Shown here piece after piece: positions 47,579-56,849 of a stretch of DNA of 57,017 nucleotides; position 1 is the stretch's first letter; each line of letters starts with the position of its first letter. The stretch lies in the NCBI GenBank assembly GCA_036336835.1, contig JAYZFK010000071.1, positions 1 through 57,017 of the forward strand, in the 5' to 3' direction. The notes under the pieces are model-generated. The model was not told the origin of the DNA. It was given only the letters and a program-made list of their open reading frames with translations, and did no database searches. The stretch is from Myxococcota bacterium. Lineage in GTDB: Bacteria; Myxococcota_A; UBA9160; UBA4427. Both the position numbers and the translations under genes were made by a program.

Positions 47579-48445
47579 ATGCAATTCGCCTACCACGCCA
47601 CGATGTGCCCACCCGACTACTACCTGCCCCTCGCGATTGCCGCCGAGCAGGCGGGCTTTGCCACCTTCACCGTTCCAGACAGCATCTGCTATCCGCAGGA
47701 GTCCGACAGCAAGTACCCGTACAATGCGGACGGCAGCCGCGAGTTCCTGGACGGCGTGCCCTTCCTGGAGCCTTTTTCAGTGATCCCGGCGATGGGTGCC
47801 GTGACGAGCACGATCCGCTTCAGCACCTCGGTGATGAAGCTGGCCATCCGTCAGCCGGCTGTCGTCGCGAAGTCCGTATCGTCGGTCGCGGTGCTCACCA
47901 ACGACCGCTTCGTCTTCGGCGTCGGCATCAGTCCGTGGCCCGATGACTTCGCAGCGACTCAGATCCCGTGGGAACGCCGCGGCAAGCGAATGGACGAGAT
48001 GATGGAGATCGTGCGGGGGCTGCTGACCGGTGAGTATTTCGGCTACCAGGGCGAGGTCTTCCAGCTCGACCCGGTCAAGCTGTCTCCCGCACCGAGCAAG
48101 CCCGTGCCGATGCTGATCGGCGGTCACTCGACCGCGGCGCTGCGCCGCGCTGCGCGGCTCGGAGACGGGTTCATCCACGCGGGAGGCAGCGCCGAGCAAT
48201 TCGCGCCGGTGATCGAGGAAATAGAGGGCTACCGCAAGGACTACGGTCGCGATCAGCTCCCGTTCGAGTACCAGGCGATGAGCGCGGATGCGTTCAGCCC
48301 AGACGGCGTGAAGCGGCTCGAAGACATCGGCGTCCACGAATCGATCGTCGCCTTCCGCGATCCGTACAAGGCAGAGCCGGACAGCAAGTCACTCGATCAG
48401 CGGATCGCAGACCTGGAGCGCTTCGCGGACGCGCTCATTCGCTAG
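47579..48445 (+). CDS. LLM-class oxidoreductase, probably F420-dependent
   Basis: AEQAGF, VPDS, RFVFGVG, IGGHS, RRAARLGDG. Confidence 0.85.
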   Translation: MQFAYHATMCPPDYYLPLAIAAEQAGFATFTVPDSICYPQESDSKYPYNADGSREFLDGVPFLEPFSVIPAMGAVTSTIRFSTSVMKLAIRQPAVVAKSVSSVAVLTNDRFVFGVGISPWPDDFAATQIPWERRGKRMDEMMEIVRGLLTGEYFGYQGEVFQLDPVKLSPAPSKPVPMLIGGHSTAALRRAARLGDGFIHAGGSAEQFAPVIEEIEGYRKDYGRDQLPFEYQAMSADAFSPDGVKRLEDIGVHESIVAFRDPYKAEPDSKSLDQRIADLERFADALIR

Positions 48446-48451
48446 TCGCGC

Positions 48452-49687
48452 TCAGCCGAACGCGCCGTCCTCGCGCAGCCTGCCGATTGCGGCCTCGTCC
48501 ATGCCGAGCAGCTCGGCCATCACGTCGTCGGTGTGCTCGCCGACGGTCGGCGCCATCGTCGGCACCGGCAACGGCTCGCCGTTCACGAACACCGGCAGGG
48601 GCAGCTGCTCGCACCCCACTGCCTCGATCGGCAGGAAGCCCATGCGGTGTTGGAACTGCGGATCGTCGCCGATGTTCTCCGTGGTGTTGAACGGAGCGAT
48701 CGGCGTATTGGCCTCGTTGCCGAACTCGAGCCACTCGCCGACGGTCCGGGTGAGGAAGATGTCGCGCAGCTCGGCCTGCAGCTCGAGATTGCCGCGCGCG
48801 TGGTCGGCGTACTTCGAGCCCGGCCACTTCTCGAAGAGGTCGTCGCGGTCGAGAGCCGCACAGAAGTTCTTCCAGAAGGCCTGCTCGGAGGCCATGAACA
48901 GGACGTGCCCGTCCTTGGCTTCGTAGGCCTGGTAGCGGACGCCCTCCCACATCCCGGCGAGACCCGCCGGGCGACGCTCGTAGTCGTCGGAGGCGTTGCC
49001 GGTGACCTCGTCCTCGGGCCGTAGATAGGCGCGCTCGCTCTCGATCCGATACCAGTCCATGTACGCCGAGGCATCGGACTGGGCCATCTCCATCTCGCAT
49101 CCCTCACCCGTCTCTCGCGCCCGGATCACGCCCGCCAGGACCGCGATCGCGGCAAGCATCGGTCCGACGTTGATACCGACGTTCGGCATGTCCCGAGGGA
49201 TGCGCTTGTAGCCCTGACCATCCTCGACGGGCTGCACGATGCCGGACCAGGTGTCGTAGGCGATGCCGTGGCTCGGCATGTCCTTGTACGGGCCGGTGGC
49301 GCCGTAGCCGGACAGCGTCGCAAACACGATCTTCGGGTTGACCTTCTTCAGCTCCGCGTAACTCAGCCCGAGCTTCGCGAGCGAGCCAGGCCGCATCGCC
49401 TCGACGACGACGTCCGCCTTGGCGACGAGCTGCTGGTAGAGCTGCACGCCCTGCTCGCTCTTCAGATTCAGGCAGATGCTCTTCTTGCCTCGATGCGTGT
49501 GGAGGTGCAGCAGCGAGACACCGCCCACGATCGGCCAGGTCATCTGGCGGATGTAGTCGCCCGCAGGCGGCTCGACCTTGATCACGTCGGCGCCCAGGTC
49601 GGCGAAGAAGGTGGCGAGGTGACCGGGACCGAGCAGGCTCGATTCGATCACTCGGACGCCGGAAAGCAGCTGGGAGGAGTCGGTCAC
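48452..49687 (-). CDS. Family III CoA-transferase homolog lacking the catalytic Asp
   Basis: LGADVIKVEPP, RGKKSI, EAMRPG, SGYGATGPY; VGINVG at the GD position. Confidence 0.85.
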   Translation of the reverse strand: MTDSSQLLSGVRVIESSLLGPGHLATFFADLGADVIKVEPPAGDYIRQMTWPIVGGVSLLHLHTHRGKKSICLNLKSEQGVQLYQQLVAKADVVVEAMRPGSLAKLGLSYAELKKVNPKIVFATLSGYGATGPYKDMPSHGIAYDTWSGIVQPVEDGQGYKRIPRDMPNVGINVGPMLAAIAVLAGVIRARETGEGCEMEMAQSDASAYMDWYRIESERAYLRPEDEVTGNASDDYERRPAGLAGMWEGVRYQAYEAKDGHVLFMASEQAFWKNFCAALDRDDLFEKWPGSKYADHARGNLELQAELRDIFLTRTVGEWLEFGNEANTPIAPFNTTENIGDDPQFQHRMGFLPIEAVGCEQLPLPVFVNGEPLPVPTMAPTVGEHTDDVMAELLGMDEAAIGRLREDGAFG

Positions 49688-49768
49688 GGGGCTCTCCAGA
49701 GAGGGTTGAATCGGATGGAGCGCAGAGCCTATCCGTTCGTGGCGCCGTCGCCAGCCGAGCGAAAAGCA

Positions 49769-51373
49769 TCACGGCCCGAGGTGAAACCCTTCGTAGTCCT
49801 TCGCGGCGACCTCGTCGCACCTGCGCTTGTACGGCAGGAAACCGAGATACGGCATGAAGACGCGAGGCTTGCCCGGGATGTTCGCGCCGAGATACCAGGA
49901 GTTGCAGGTTGGATAGATCGTCCGGCCGGCGATCTCGTTCACGTGCTCGACCCAGGCTTCGGCAGCCTCCGCCAGCGGCTCGATCCGGGCGAATCCGCGT
50001 TCGCCCAGATAGCCGATGCAGTCGGCGATCCAGTCCACGTGCTGTTCGATCGCCGGGATCATGTTGGCGAGCACCGACGGACTGCCGGGCCCAGTGATGG
50101 TGAACAGGTTCGGAAAGCCGACGACCCCGAGCCCGAGGTACGTCTGCGGGCCCTCCGCCCACTTCTCGGCCAGGGTCAGACCGTCGCGACCGCGGATGTC
50201 GATTCGCAGCAGCGAGCCCGTCATCGCGTCGAAGCCCGTGGCGAAGACGATGCAGTCGAGCTCGTAGTCGCGTCCGCTGACGCGCAGGCCCCGCTCCGTG
50301 ATCTCCTCGACCGGCGTGTCGCGGATGTCGATCAGGTGGACGTTCGGTCGGTTGAAGGTCTCGTAGTAGCCCGTGTCCGCACACGGGCGCTTGCACCCCA
50401 GCATGCTGCGCGGGCTGAGCAGCTCCGCGACCTCGGGATCGTGCACGATCTCGCGAATCTTTCCGCGAATGAACTCGCCTGCGGATTCGTTGACTTCGGG
50501 GTTCACGAAGAGGTCGGCGAATGCTCCGACCAGCCCGAGCCCACCATCGGCCCAGCGCGCCTCGAACTGTTCGTTCCGCTCTTGCTGGCTCGCTTCGGCG
50601 CCCAGGTGATCATTCGGCGAAAAATCGAGGCCGAACATTCCGCTCACGAAGGGAAGACGGAAGCTCGCATAGTCGGCCTTGATACCCGCTTGAAAGCTGG
50701 GGTCCATCGGCGTGTTGCGTGCCGGCATCGAGTAGTTCGGCGTGCGCTGAAAGACGAAGAGCTCGCCAGACTGCTCGGCCAGGATCGGAATGGCCTGGAT
50801 CGCGGTCGAACCCGTGCCGATGATGCCGACGCGCTTGCCCTCGAGCTCGACGCCCTGCTCGGGCCAGTCGCCGGTGTGGAAGTGCGTCCCCTGGAAGCGG
50901 TCGAGCCCCGGAAACTCGGGGGTATTGCGCGAAGACAGACAGCCGGTCGCCATGATGCAGAAGCGCGCGCTGACCTCGGTGCCATCGTCGGTCCGGATCG
51001 CCCAACGACCCGCCTCGTCGCCCCAGATCGCCGATTCGATGCGCGTCTCGAGCTGGATGTCGCGCCTCAGATCGAAGCGATCCGCGACGTGGTTGGCGTA
51101 GCGCAGGATCTCGGGCTGTGATGCGTAGCGCTCGGTCCACTCCCACTCCTGCTCGAGCTCCGGCGAGAACCCGTACGAGTAGGCCATGCTCTCGACATCG
51201 CAGCGCGCGCCGGGGTAGCGATTCCAGTACCAGGTGCCGCCGACACCGCTGCCGGCCTCATACACTCGGACCGACAGTCCGCTGTGACGCAGCCGGCGGA
51301 GCGCGTACAGACCCCCGAAGCCGGCACCGACGACGACGGCGTCGAAATTCTGTCGGCGGCCGCTGGTCGACAT
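49769..51373 (-). CDS. Type I Baeyer-Villiger monooxygenase (cyclohexanone/steroid monooxygenase-like)
   Basis: ATG 51373; GAGFGG, GGTWYWNRYPGARCD, FQGTHFHTGDWP, GTGSTA, KR, ATGFD, SWYLGANIPGK. Confidence 0.94.
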   Translation of the reverse strand: MSTSGRRQNFDAVVVGAGFGGLYALRRLRHSGLSVRVYEAGSGVGGTWYWNRYPGARCDVESMAYSYGFSPELEQEWEWTERYASQPEILRYANHVADRFDLRRDIQLETRIESAIWGDEAGRWAIRTDDGTEVSARFCIMATGCLSSRNTPEFPGLDRFQGTHFHTGDWPEQGVELEGKRVGIIGTGSTAIQAIPILAEQSGELFVFQRTPNYSMPARNTPMDPSFQAGIKADYASFRLPFVSGMFGLDFSPNDHLGAEASQQERNEQFEARWADGGLGLVGAFADLFVNPEVNESAGEFIRGKIREIVHDPEVAELLSPRSMLGCKRPCADTGYYETFNRPNVHLIDIRDTPVEEITERGLRVSGRDYELDCIVFATGFDAMTGSLLRIDIRGRDGLTLAEKWAEGPQTYLGLGVVGFPNLFTITGPGSPSVLANMIPAIEQHVDWIADCIGYLGERGFARIEPLAEAAEAWVEHVNEIAGRTIYPTCNSWYLGANIPGKPRVFMPYLGFLPYKRRCDEVAAKDYEGFHLGP

Positions 51374-51428
51374 CGATCGTTCTCCGCGGTGGCGCGTCGC
51401 CAGCGGGCGACTCGCGCGTGACAGCCGC

Positions 51429-52802
51429 TCAGTCCAGGAGCTGGACCTTCGCCCCATCGATCTCGCGAAGCGCGGGCGCGAGCAGGAACTCCTGCCGAAG
51501 CGCGTGTCGATGCAGCAGACGCAGGATCTCACCCGTGCGCTCCGGCGGCGCCTCGAGCACCAGGGCCTCCAGCGCAGCGTCGGATTCCGCCCACGTCGCG
51601 GGGCGGTGACCGAGCAGCTTTGCCGCGTCGTCGCGACTCTGGGCCTCGAGCTCGGCTCCGAACCGGCCGACCCGCTCGAGATACTGAGCCGCGCGCAGTG
51701 CGGTATCGATCTCGTAGTGCAGCGCGCCCTGGCCCGCGGTGTCGCGAGTAGCAGTCAGCGCCGAGGTGAGCCAGGCCGCTGCCGGCTCGTGCCGGGTCGG
51801 CAGCGGCTCCGGCAGCTCGGGCGGCTCGAGCTCGATGTCTTCAACGTGGGCGATCAGCTCGATCGGAACCCGGCCGTAGACGAGGTACCAGCCCATGTAC
51901 TGCGGCCAGTTCAGCTCCCCGGGCGGTTGAGCGGTCAGATGGGCGGTGACCATCGGGGTGCACATGCCGAAGCGGATCGTGTGGTAGTAGATGGCGCGCA
52001 CGTCCATCTCCGATCCGGTGCATCGTTCATACGTCGCGACCGCACGCCGCAGGTCACCCAGCGGCTCCGACAGGTCGCGGCATAGCATCCCGGCGAAGTC
52101 GGCGGCGGGATCGCCCAGATAGGCAAGTTCGAGATCCAGCACCGCGGTCATTCGGCCAGCCTCGAAGACGAACTGGCCGGCGTCCCCGTGGACCAGGCTC
52201 GCCTGCTCCCGACCCTGCGGTACGTTGGCGCGGATCCAGCGGATCGCAAACTCGATCAACGGTTCGGGGCGTGCCTTGAAGCTGCGGTACTGACGCTCCC
52301 AGTGCGCGAAGTCGCCGAGCCCGAGCGCATCGGAGCTCGCCGGCACCTCGAGCCCCAGGCTGTCGAGCGCATCGAGCGGAATCGCATGCATCTTCGACAA
52401 GAATTCGACGTACTGGTCGAGCACGCTCTCACGCTCGGCATCGCTCTCGGCGGTGGCCAGGTTCGCGCGCCCCGGACAACGCTCCATCACGATGCCGCGC
52501 GGCTCGGGGCAGAAGCCATAGACGTGCGGCACCGGCAGTCCCTGCTCCTCGAGCAGCTGCAGGACGCGCATCTCGTGCTCGAGCGGGTAGACACCGTGGT
52601 CCGCCTCGCCTCGATCCCCGCGGAAGTAGAGCGGCAGCGTCTCGCCGGACCGCTCGACGTCGGTTCGCTCGACGTCGAGATAGAAGCAGGGACGCCAGCG
52701 AGCCTGCGCCTCGGCCCCCACGATGCGGCCGACATGGGTCTCCACCCAGTCGAAGGCGCGGGCCCATTCGGGCGATAGCGTGGTGCGGTCGGGCGGGTCC
52801 AT
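51429..52802 (-). CDS. Phosphotransferase (APH/choline kinase-like) family protein
   Basis: ATG 52802; PVPHVY, LVHGD, LDLELAYLGDP. Confidence 0.83.
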   Translation of the reverse strand: MDPPDRTTLSPEWARAFDWVETHVGRIVGAEAQARWRPCFYLDVERTDVERSGETLPLYFRGDRGEADHGVYPLEHEMRVLQLLEEQGLPVPHVYGFCPEPRGIVMERCPGRANLATAESDAERESVLDQYVEFLSKMHAIPLDALDSLGLEVPASSDALGLGDFAHWERQYRSFKARPEPLIEFAIRWIRANVPQGREQASLVHGDAGQFVFEAGRMTAVLDLELAYLGDPAADFAGMLCRDLSEPLGDLRRAVATYERCTGSEMDVRAIYYHTIRFGMCTPMVTAHLTAQPPGELNWPQYMGWYLVYGRVPIELIAHVEDIELEPPELPEPLPTRHEPAAAWLTSALTATRDTAGQGALHYEIDTALRAAQYLERVGRFGAELEAQSRDDAAKLLGHRPATWAESDAALEALVLEAPPERTGEILRLLHRHALRQEFLLAPALREIDGAKVQLLD

Positions 52803-52971
52803 TCTGCGGGCCGTTACTCTGTCACGCCGCAACGACCCGTGTCAAAGGCGAGGCCGACGCGCAACCCACCGGCTCACCTTCAACCGATCGTTCTCCCGGC
52901 CGCCGAGCACTGGCGCTGCTCGCGCTGGCCACCCTCATGCTCGTCCTCCGACAGCGGCACCGCCGCGAGAG

Positions 52972-53919
52972 CTATGCGCCGAGCGCCTCTTCCACCGCGT
53001 CGAACAGGTCGGCCGGGAGGTCCCCGCGCGTCGCCGCGGCATTCGCCTCCACTTGTTCGGGGCTCGTGGCGCCCGCGATCACCGACGAGACGACGGGACG
53101 ACTGCCCAGCCAGGAGAGCGCGAGCTCGAGGATCCCGAGCCCGGCGTCGGCCGCGACCTTCTCGAGACTCTCGACCACAGCCAGCTTCTCGTCCGAAACC
53201 ATGTGGCCGTAGAAGTTGCGCATCATTTCGCTGCGACCAAAGCGACTGCTCTCGTCGAAATCCTGCCCGCGGCGATACTTCCCGGTGAGCGCCCCCGACG
53301 CCAGCGGGAAGTACGGCAGGATGCCCAGCCCGTGGTGTTCGCAGGCCGGCACGACCTCGGTCTCGATCTTGCGCTCGAGCAGGCTCCACTCGTTCTGTGC
53401 CGTGATGAAGCTGTGCAGGCCACGTGTCTTCGACTGCCAGACGGCGTCCGAGATCTGCCAGCCCGACAGATTCGAGCAGCCGATGTAACGGACCTTCCCC
53501 TGGGTCACGAGGGTGTCGAGTGCGTCGAGCGTCTCTTCGATCGGCGTATCGGGGTCGGGCTGATGCAGGATGTAGACATCGATGTAATCGGTGGCGAGAC
53601 GCTTCAGACTCGCCTCTGCAGCATTCATCACATAACGACGCGAGGCTCCCGTCATCAGTGGTCCAGCACCCGAGGGCACCCCGAACTTCGTGGCAATGAC
53701 CGCCTCGGACCGGCGGTCGCCGAGCGCACGGCCCAGGAAGATCTCCGAGTCGCCGCCGCCGTAGATGTCGGCCGTGTCGAAGAAATTGATGCCCGAATCG
53801 AGCGCCGCATCGACCACCTGCCGGGTCGCGGCCTCGTCGATCGTCATGCCGAAGTTGTTGCAGCCGAGCCCCGCGAGCGAGACCTTGAGCCCAGACTGGC
53901 CGAGAGTCCGAAATTCCAT
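52972..53919 (-). CDS. Aldo/keto reductase
   Basis: GLGCNNFG, DTADIY, ATKF, SLKRLATDYID, GKVRYIG, PLASG. Confidence 0.93.
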   Translation of the reverse strand: MEFRTLGQSGLKVSLAGLGCNNFGMTIDEAATRQVVDAALDSGINFFDTADIYGGGDSEIFLGRALGDRRSEAVIATKFGVPSGAGPLMTGASRRYVMNAAEASLKRLATDYIDVYILHQPDPDTPIEETLDALDTLVTQGKVRYIGCSNLSGWQISDAVWQSKTRGLHSFITAQNEWSLLERKIETEVVPACEHHGLGILPYFPLASGALTGKYRRGQDFDESSRFGRSEMMRNFYGHMVSDEKLAVVESLEKVAADAGLGILELALSWLGSRPVVSSVIAGATSPEQVEANAAATRGDLPADLFDAVEEALGA

Positions 53920-53992
53920 CGCCGACTCCTCCGGCGGCGCAGCCTACACGATCGGGCCGGCAGGGGGGCGGCGCACGGGGGCCCGCCCCGCG

Positions 53993-54004
53993 TAGAATGC
54001 GTTC
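53993..54004 (+). promoter_or_regulatory. Putative -10 (TAGAAT) of a leaderless promoter
   Basis: TAGAAT 53993-53998, then 6 nt, then GTG 54005; no SD. Confidence 0.5.
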
Positions 54005-55429
54005 GTGAACCGGGCCGTCATCCCTCTCGCTCTGTTCGGAGTGGCCGCTGTCCTGCGCGTCCACAACGCCTGGGTGGCACCGCCTTTGTCCGGGTTCGAC
54101 GGGCCCTACCACGGCGCCTACATCGGGGCGATCGTGTGGGAGGGCCGCTTCCAGCTGCCCCACTGGTTCAGCAACCACCCGCCGCTCTACTACGCCGTCA
54201 GCGCGGCGCTCTGGAAGCTCCTTCCGAGCGAGCTGGGCGCACACGGTGTGCTGTTCGCGCTGCGGCTGGTCAATGTCGCCTGCGGTCTGGCGGTGGGCGC
54301 GGCGATCTGGGCGAGCGCGCGCCGCTCGTTCCCACAGCGAAGCGCGCTCGCCTGTTACGCGCTCGCGATCGCCTTGTTCTTGCCGATGCACATAGGACCC
54401 TCGGCACTGCTCGGCAACCAGATCATGGCTACGGCGCTCGGCGCCGCCTCGGTGGCGCTGCTGCTGCGCTGTCTCGCGGAGCCCAGTGCGCGCAATGCGG
54501 CGATCGCCGGGGCGATCGCGGGGCTCGGCGTGATGGCAAAGCTCAGCGTCGGGATCATCGTGGCTGTGGGCGGCTTGATCCTGCTCGTGCGAGGCTGGCA
54601 GATGCACGGCGCGCGCCCGCGAGCGCTCGCGCTCGCGAGTGCGCTGGGGCTCGCCGCGCTGGTCGTGTCGAGCCCGTACTTCATTCACAATGTCGCCAGC
54701 TACGGAGCGCCCATCGACCCGCAGGTCGACATCTGGGCCAAGGTCGATCGCAGCCACCAGCTGCCACAGCGCCCGTGGCAGGCGTACGTCGATCCGGACA
54801 TCGCTCGGCTCGTCGACCCGGGCCGCCTCGACACGAGCGGACAGCGGGCCGTGTGGCCGGTGACCTTCGCCTCGACCTGGTTCGATCTGTTCGGCACCGT
54901 CGTCGATGTCCACCACCCCCGTGCCAGGCTGCTTGCGCGCGTGCTGTTCTGCCTCGGCGCCGTCTTCAGCCTGGCGACCGCACTGGGCGTGGCGGCCGCC
55001 GCGCGGCGCCGAGTCGCCAGCTCGGTGCCGCTGGGGAGCGCGGCACTCGCACTGCTGATCGTCGTCAACCTCATGAGCTACGTGGCTTTTACGCGCACTG
55101 TCCCGACCTATGGCGCGCTGAAGGGGATCTATCTGTCGCCAGCCCTCACGGGCTTTGCGCTGTTTGCGGCCCTGGGCCTCGATCTCGTCGCTTCTCGCGG
55201 GCGCGCGATGCGCCGCGCCGCGGCGGCACTGCTGACCGGCTTCGCGCTCGCCGTCCTCGCGATCTTGTGGCAGGGCGGGCTGGCGCCGATGCGAGTCAAT
55301 CCAGCAGACCTGATCCTGCGCGATTACGCGGATCCACCGACGTTGAGCGCGTTTCGCTACTTCGTCGGCCGGGAGCCGGGCAGCGGCCGCCCTCCCCGAC
55401 TCATCGCACCGGCGATCGACCGGGACTGA
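54005..55429 (+). CDS. Integral membrane GT-C glycosyltransferase (PMT_2/ArnT-like)
   Basis: Multi-TM; GFD..YH in the first loop, HPPLYY, GLGVMAK. Confidence 0.7.
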   Translation: MNRAVIPLALFGVAAVLRVHNAWVAPPLSGFDGPYHGAYIGAIVWEGRFQLPHWFSNHPPLYYAVSAALWKLLPSELGAHGVLFALRLVNVACGLAVGAAIWASARRSFPQRSALACYALAIALFLPMHIGPSALLGNQIMATALGAASVALLLRCLAEPSARNAAIAGAIAGLGVMAKLSVGIIVAVGGLILLVRGWQMHGARPRALALASALGLAALVVSSPYFIHNVASYGAPIDPQVDIWAKVDRSHQLPQRPWQAYVDPDIARLVDPGRLDTSGQRAVWPVTFASTWFDLFGTVVDVHHPRARLLARVLFCLGAVFSLATALGVAAAARRRVASSVPLGSAALALLIVVNLMSYVAFTRTVPTYGALKGIYLSPALTGFALFAALGLDLVASRGRAMRRAAAALLTGFALAVLAILWQGGLAPMRVNPADLILRDYADPPTLSAFRYFVGREPGSGRPPRLIAPAIDRD

Positions 55430-56717
55430 GCGGTCGCGGGTTCGGGGGCAGCCGGCTCCGTTCGCGCTTCAAGCGCCGCTGGAGCCGCACGCGGTCGAGA
55501 TCCTTGATCTCCTTGAAGTCGACCCAGCGGGGCTCGTCGCTGCCGATCGACTGCAGCTTCGGCTTCATCCACAAGGTGAGCGTCTGCACGTAGACCGCTG
55601 CGCGGATCTGCTGATACGAAACATAGATGCCGAACGAGCCCGCGGCGATACAGGTGGCGATCAGCACGGGGAGCGGAGGCGGGCGAGCGAGCAGACGCCA
55701 GGCGATCAAGAGCGCCGCCGGCCAGGCGAGCACGGCCAGACGCGTGAAGCTCTGCACCCCGGGCGCGCCCGAGAGCGAGACGTGCAGCAGCAGGATCGCG
55801 CCCACCCAGATCGCCAACCACCAGTGGCCCCACTCGCTCCGTCGCAGCCCGAGCAACGCCGCGATCAGATAGAAACCGGCCGTGCCGTAGACCACGGGCC
55901 GCTGAAAGAGAGCGCTCTCGCCCATGCGGCTCCACTGCCGGATCAGCTCGGCGAACGGATAGGTCCACTCCGCGACCCAGTGCACCTGGTGGACATCCCA
56001 GATGCCGGTGAACCCGGGTACGCGCCAGTAGAGATAGGCGTTGTGCAGCGCGAACACGGCGAGCGGCAGCGAAAGCCAGGCGATCGTGCGCACACGGAGC
56101 TGCCGCCGGACCACGAGCAGGTCGAAGGCCAGCGCGCCGCCGAGCAGGACAGCCGGGAAGCGCGTCAGCACCAGAAGCGAGAGCCACAGCACGCTCCACG
56201 GGAGCGAGCCGCGCAGGTGCGCCCTGAAGCAGAGCAGCGCAAAGGTCACCGCCAGCGGCTCCGGATGGGCTGCGGATGTCACCAGCGCCCACACCGGGTT
56301 GAGGCACAGGAAAGTCAGGGCCGCCGGAAAGGCCGGCACGTCGAGCTCGAGGCAGATCAGGTAGAACGCCAGCACCGCAGCGACGCCCGAGAGCCAGGTG
56401 GCGGCGAGCGCGAGCAGCCCCCAGTGGAGTGAATCGGGAGTCAGGAGTCGCATCAGGAAGAGCAGCGCGGAGAACCCGGGCGCCTGCCCGAGGTAGTCGC
56501 GCCCCTCGGCCGAATAGGGCAGTGGGAAGGAGCGCGCGATCTCGATGTAGAAGTGCCCGTCGAAGAAGGCACCGAGCTCCATCAGGCCACCCGGCCCGAG
56601 CGCAATCAGTGTCGTCACGATCGAGATCGAGAGCGAGAGCGCGGCCAGCGCCAACATCTCGCGGTGCTGCGCTGGCCCGAGACCGGACCGGGCTGGCGAA
56701 GATCTCGTCTCACTCAT
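55401..56717 (-). CDS. Integral membrane GT-C glycosyltransferase (mannosyltransferase-like)
   Basis: Multi-TM; FDGHFY..IA, HPEPL, LTR. Confidence 0.65.
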   Translation of the reverse strand: MSETRSSPARSGLGPAQHREMLALAALSLSISIVTTLIALGPGGLMELGAFFDGHFYIEIARSFPLPYSAEGRDYLGQAPGFSALLFLMRLLTPDSLHWGLLALAATWLSGVAAVLAFYLICLELDVPAFPAALTFLCLNPVWALVTSAAHPEPLAVTFALLCFRAHLRGSLPWSVLWLSLLVLTRFPAVLLGGALAFDLLVVRRQLRVRTIAWLSLPLAVFALHNAYLYWRVPGFTGIWDVHQVHWVAEWTYPFAELIRQWSRMGESALFQRPVVYGTAGFYLIAALLGLRRSEWGHWWLAIWVGAILLLHVSLSGAPGVQSFTRLAVLAWPAALLIAWRLLARPPPLPVLIATCIAAGSFGIYVSYQQIRAAVYVQTLTLWMKPKLQSIGSDEPRWVDFKEIKDLDRVRLQRRLKRERSRLPPNPRPLSPGRSPVR

Positions 56718-56849
56718 GGGGCCACGAATACCGAACTCCCGTGGGTCGAGCTAGCGGATCGAGATCGTGGCGCATTTCGGCTTGAAGAAGCTCGGCCAAT
56801 CCACCATGGTCGGTCAACCGCAGCGTCTGTGTACGTCACGAGGTCCTCC

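Noticed and set aside
52907..52970. Plus-strand stretch reading ALALLALATLMLVLRQRHRR, like a CTERM anchor remnant
   Set aside because: It has no upstream start codon and no stop right after the basic residues, so it cannot be distinguished from chance.
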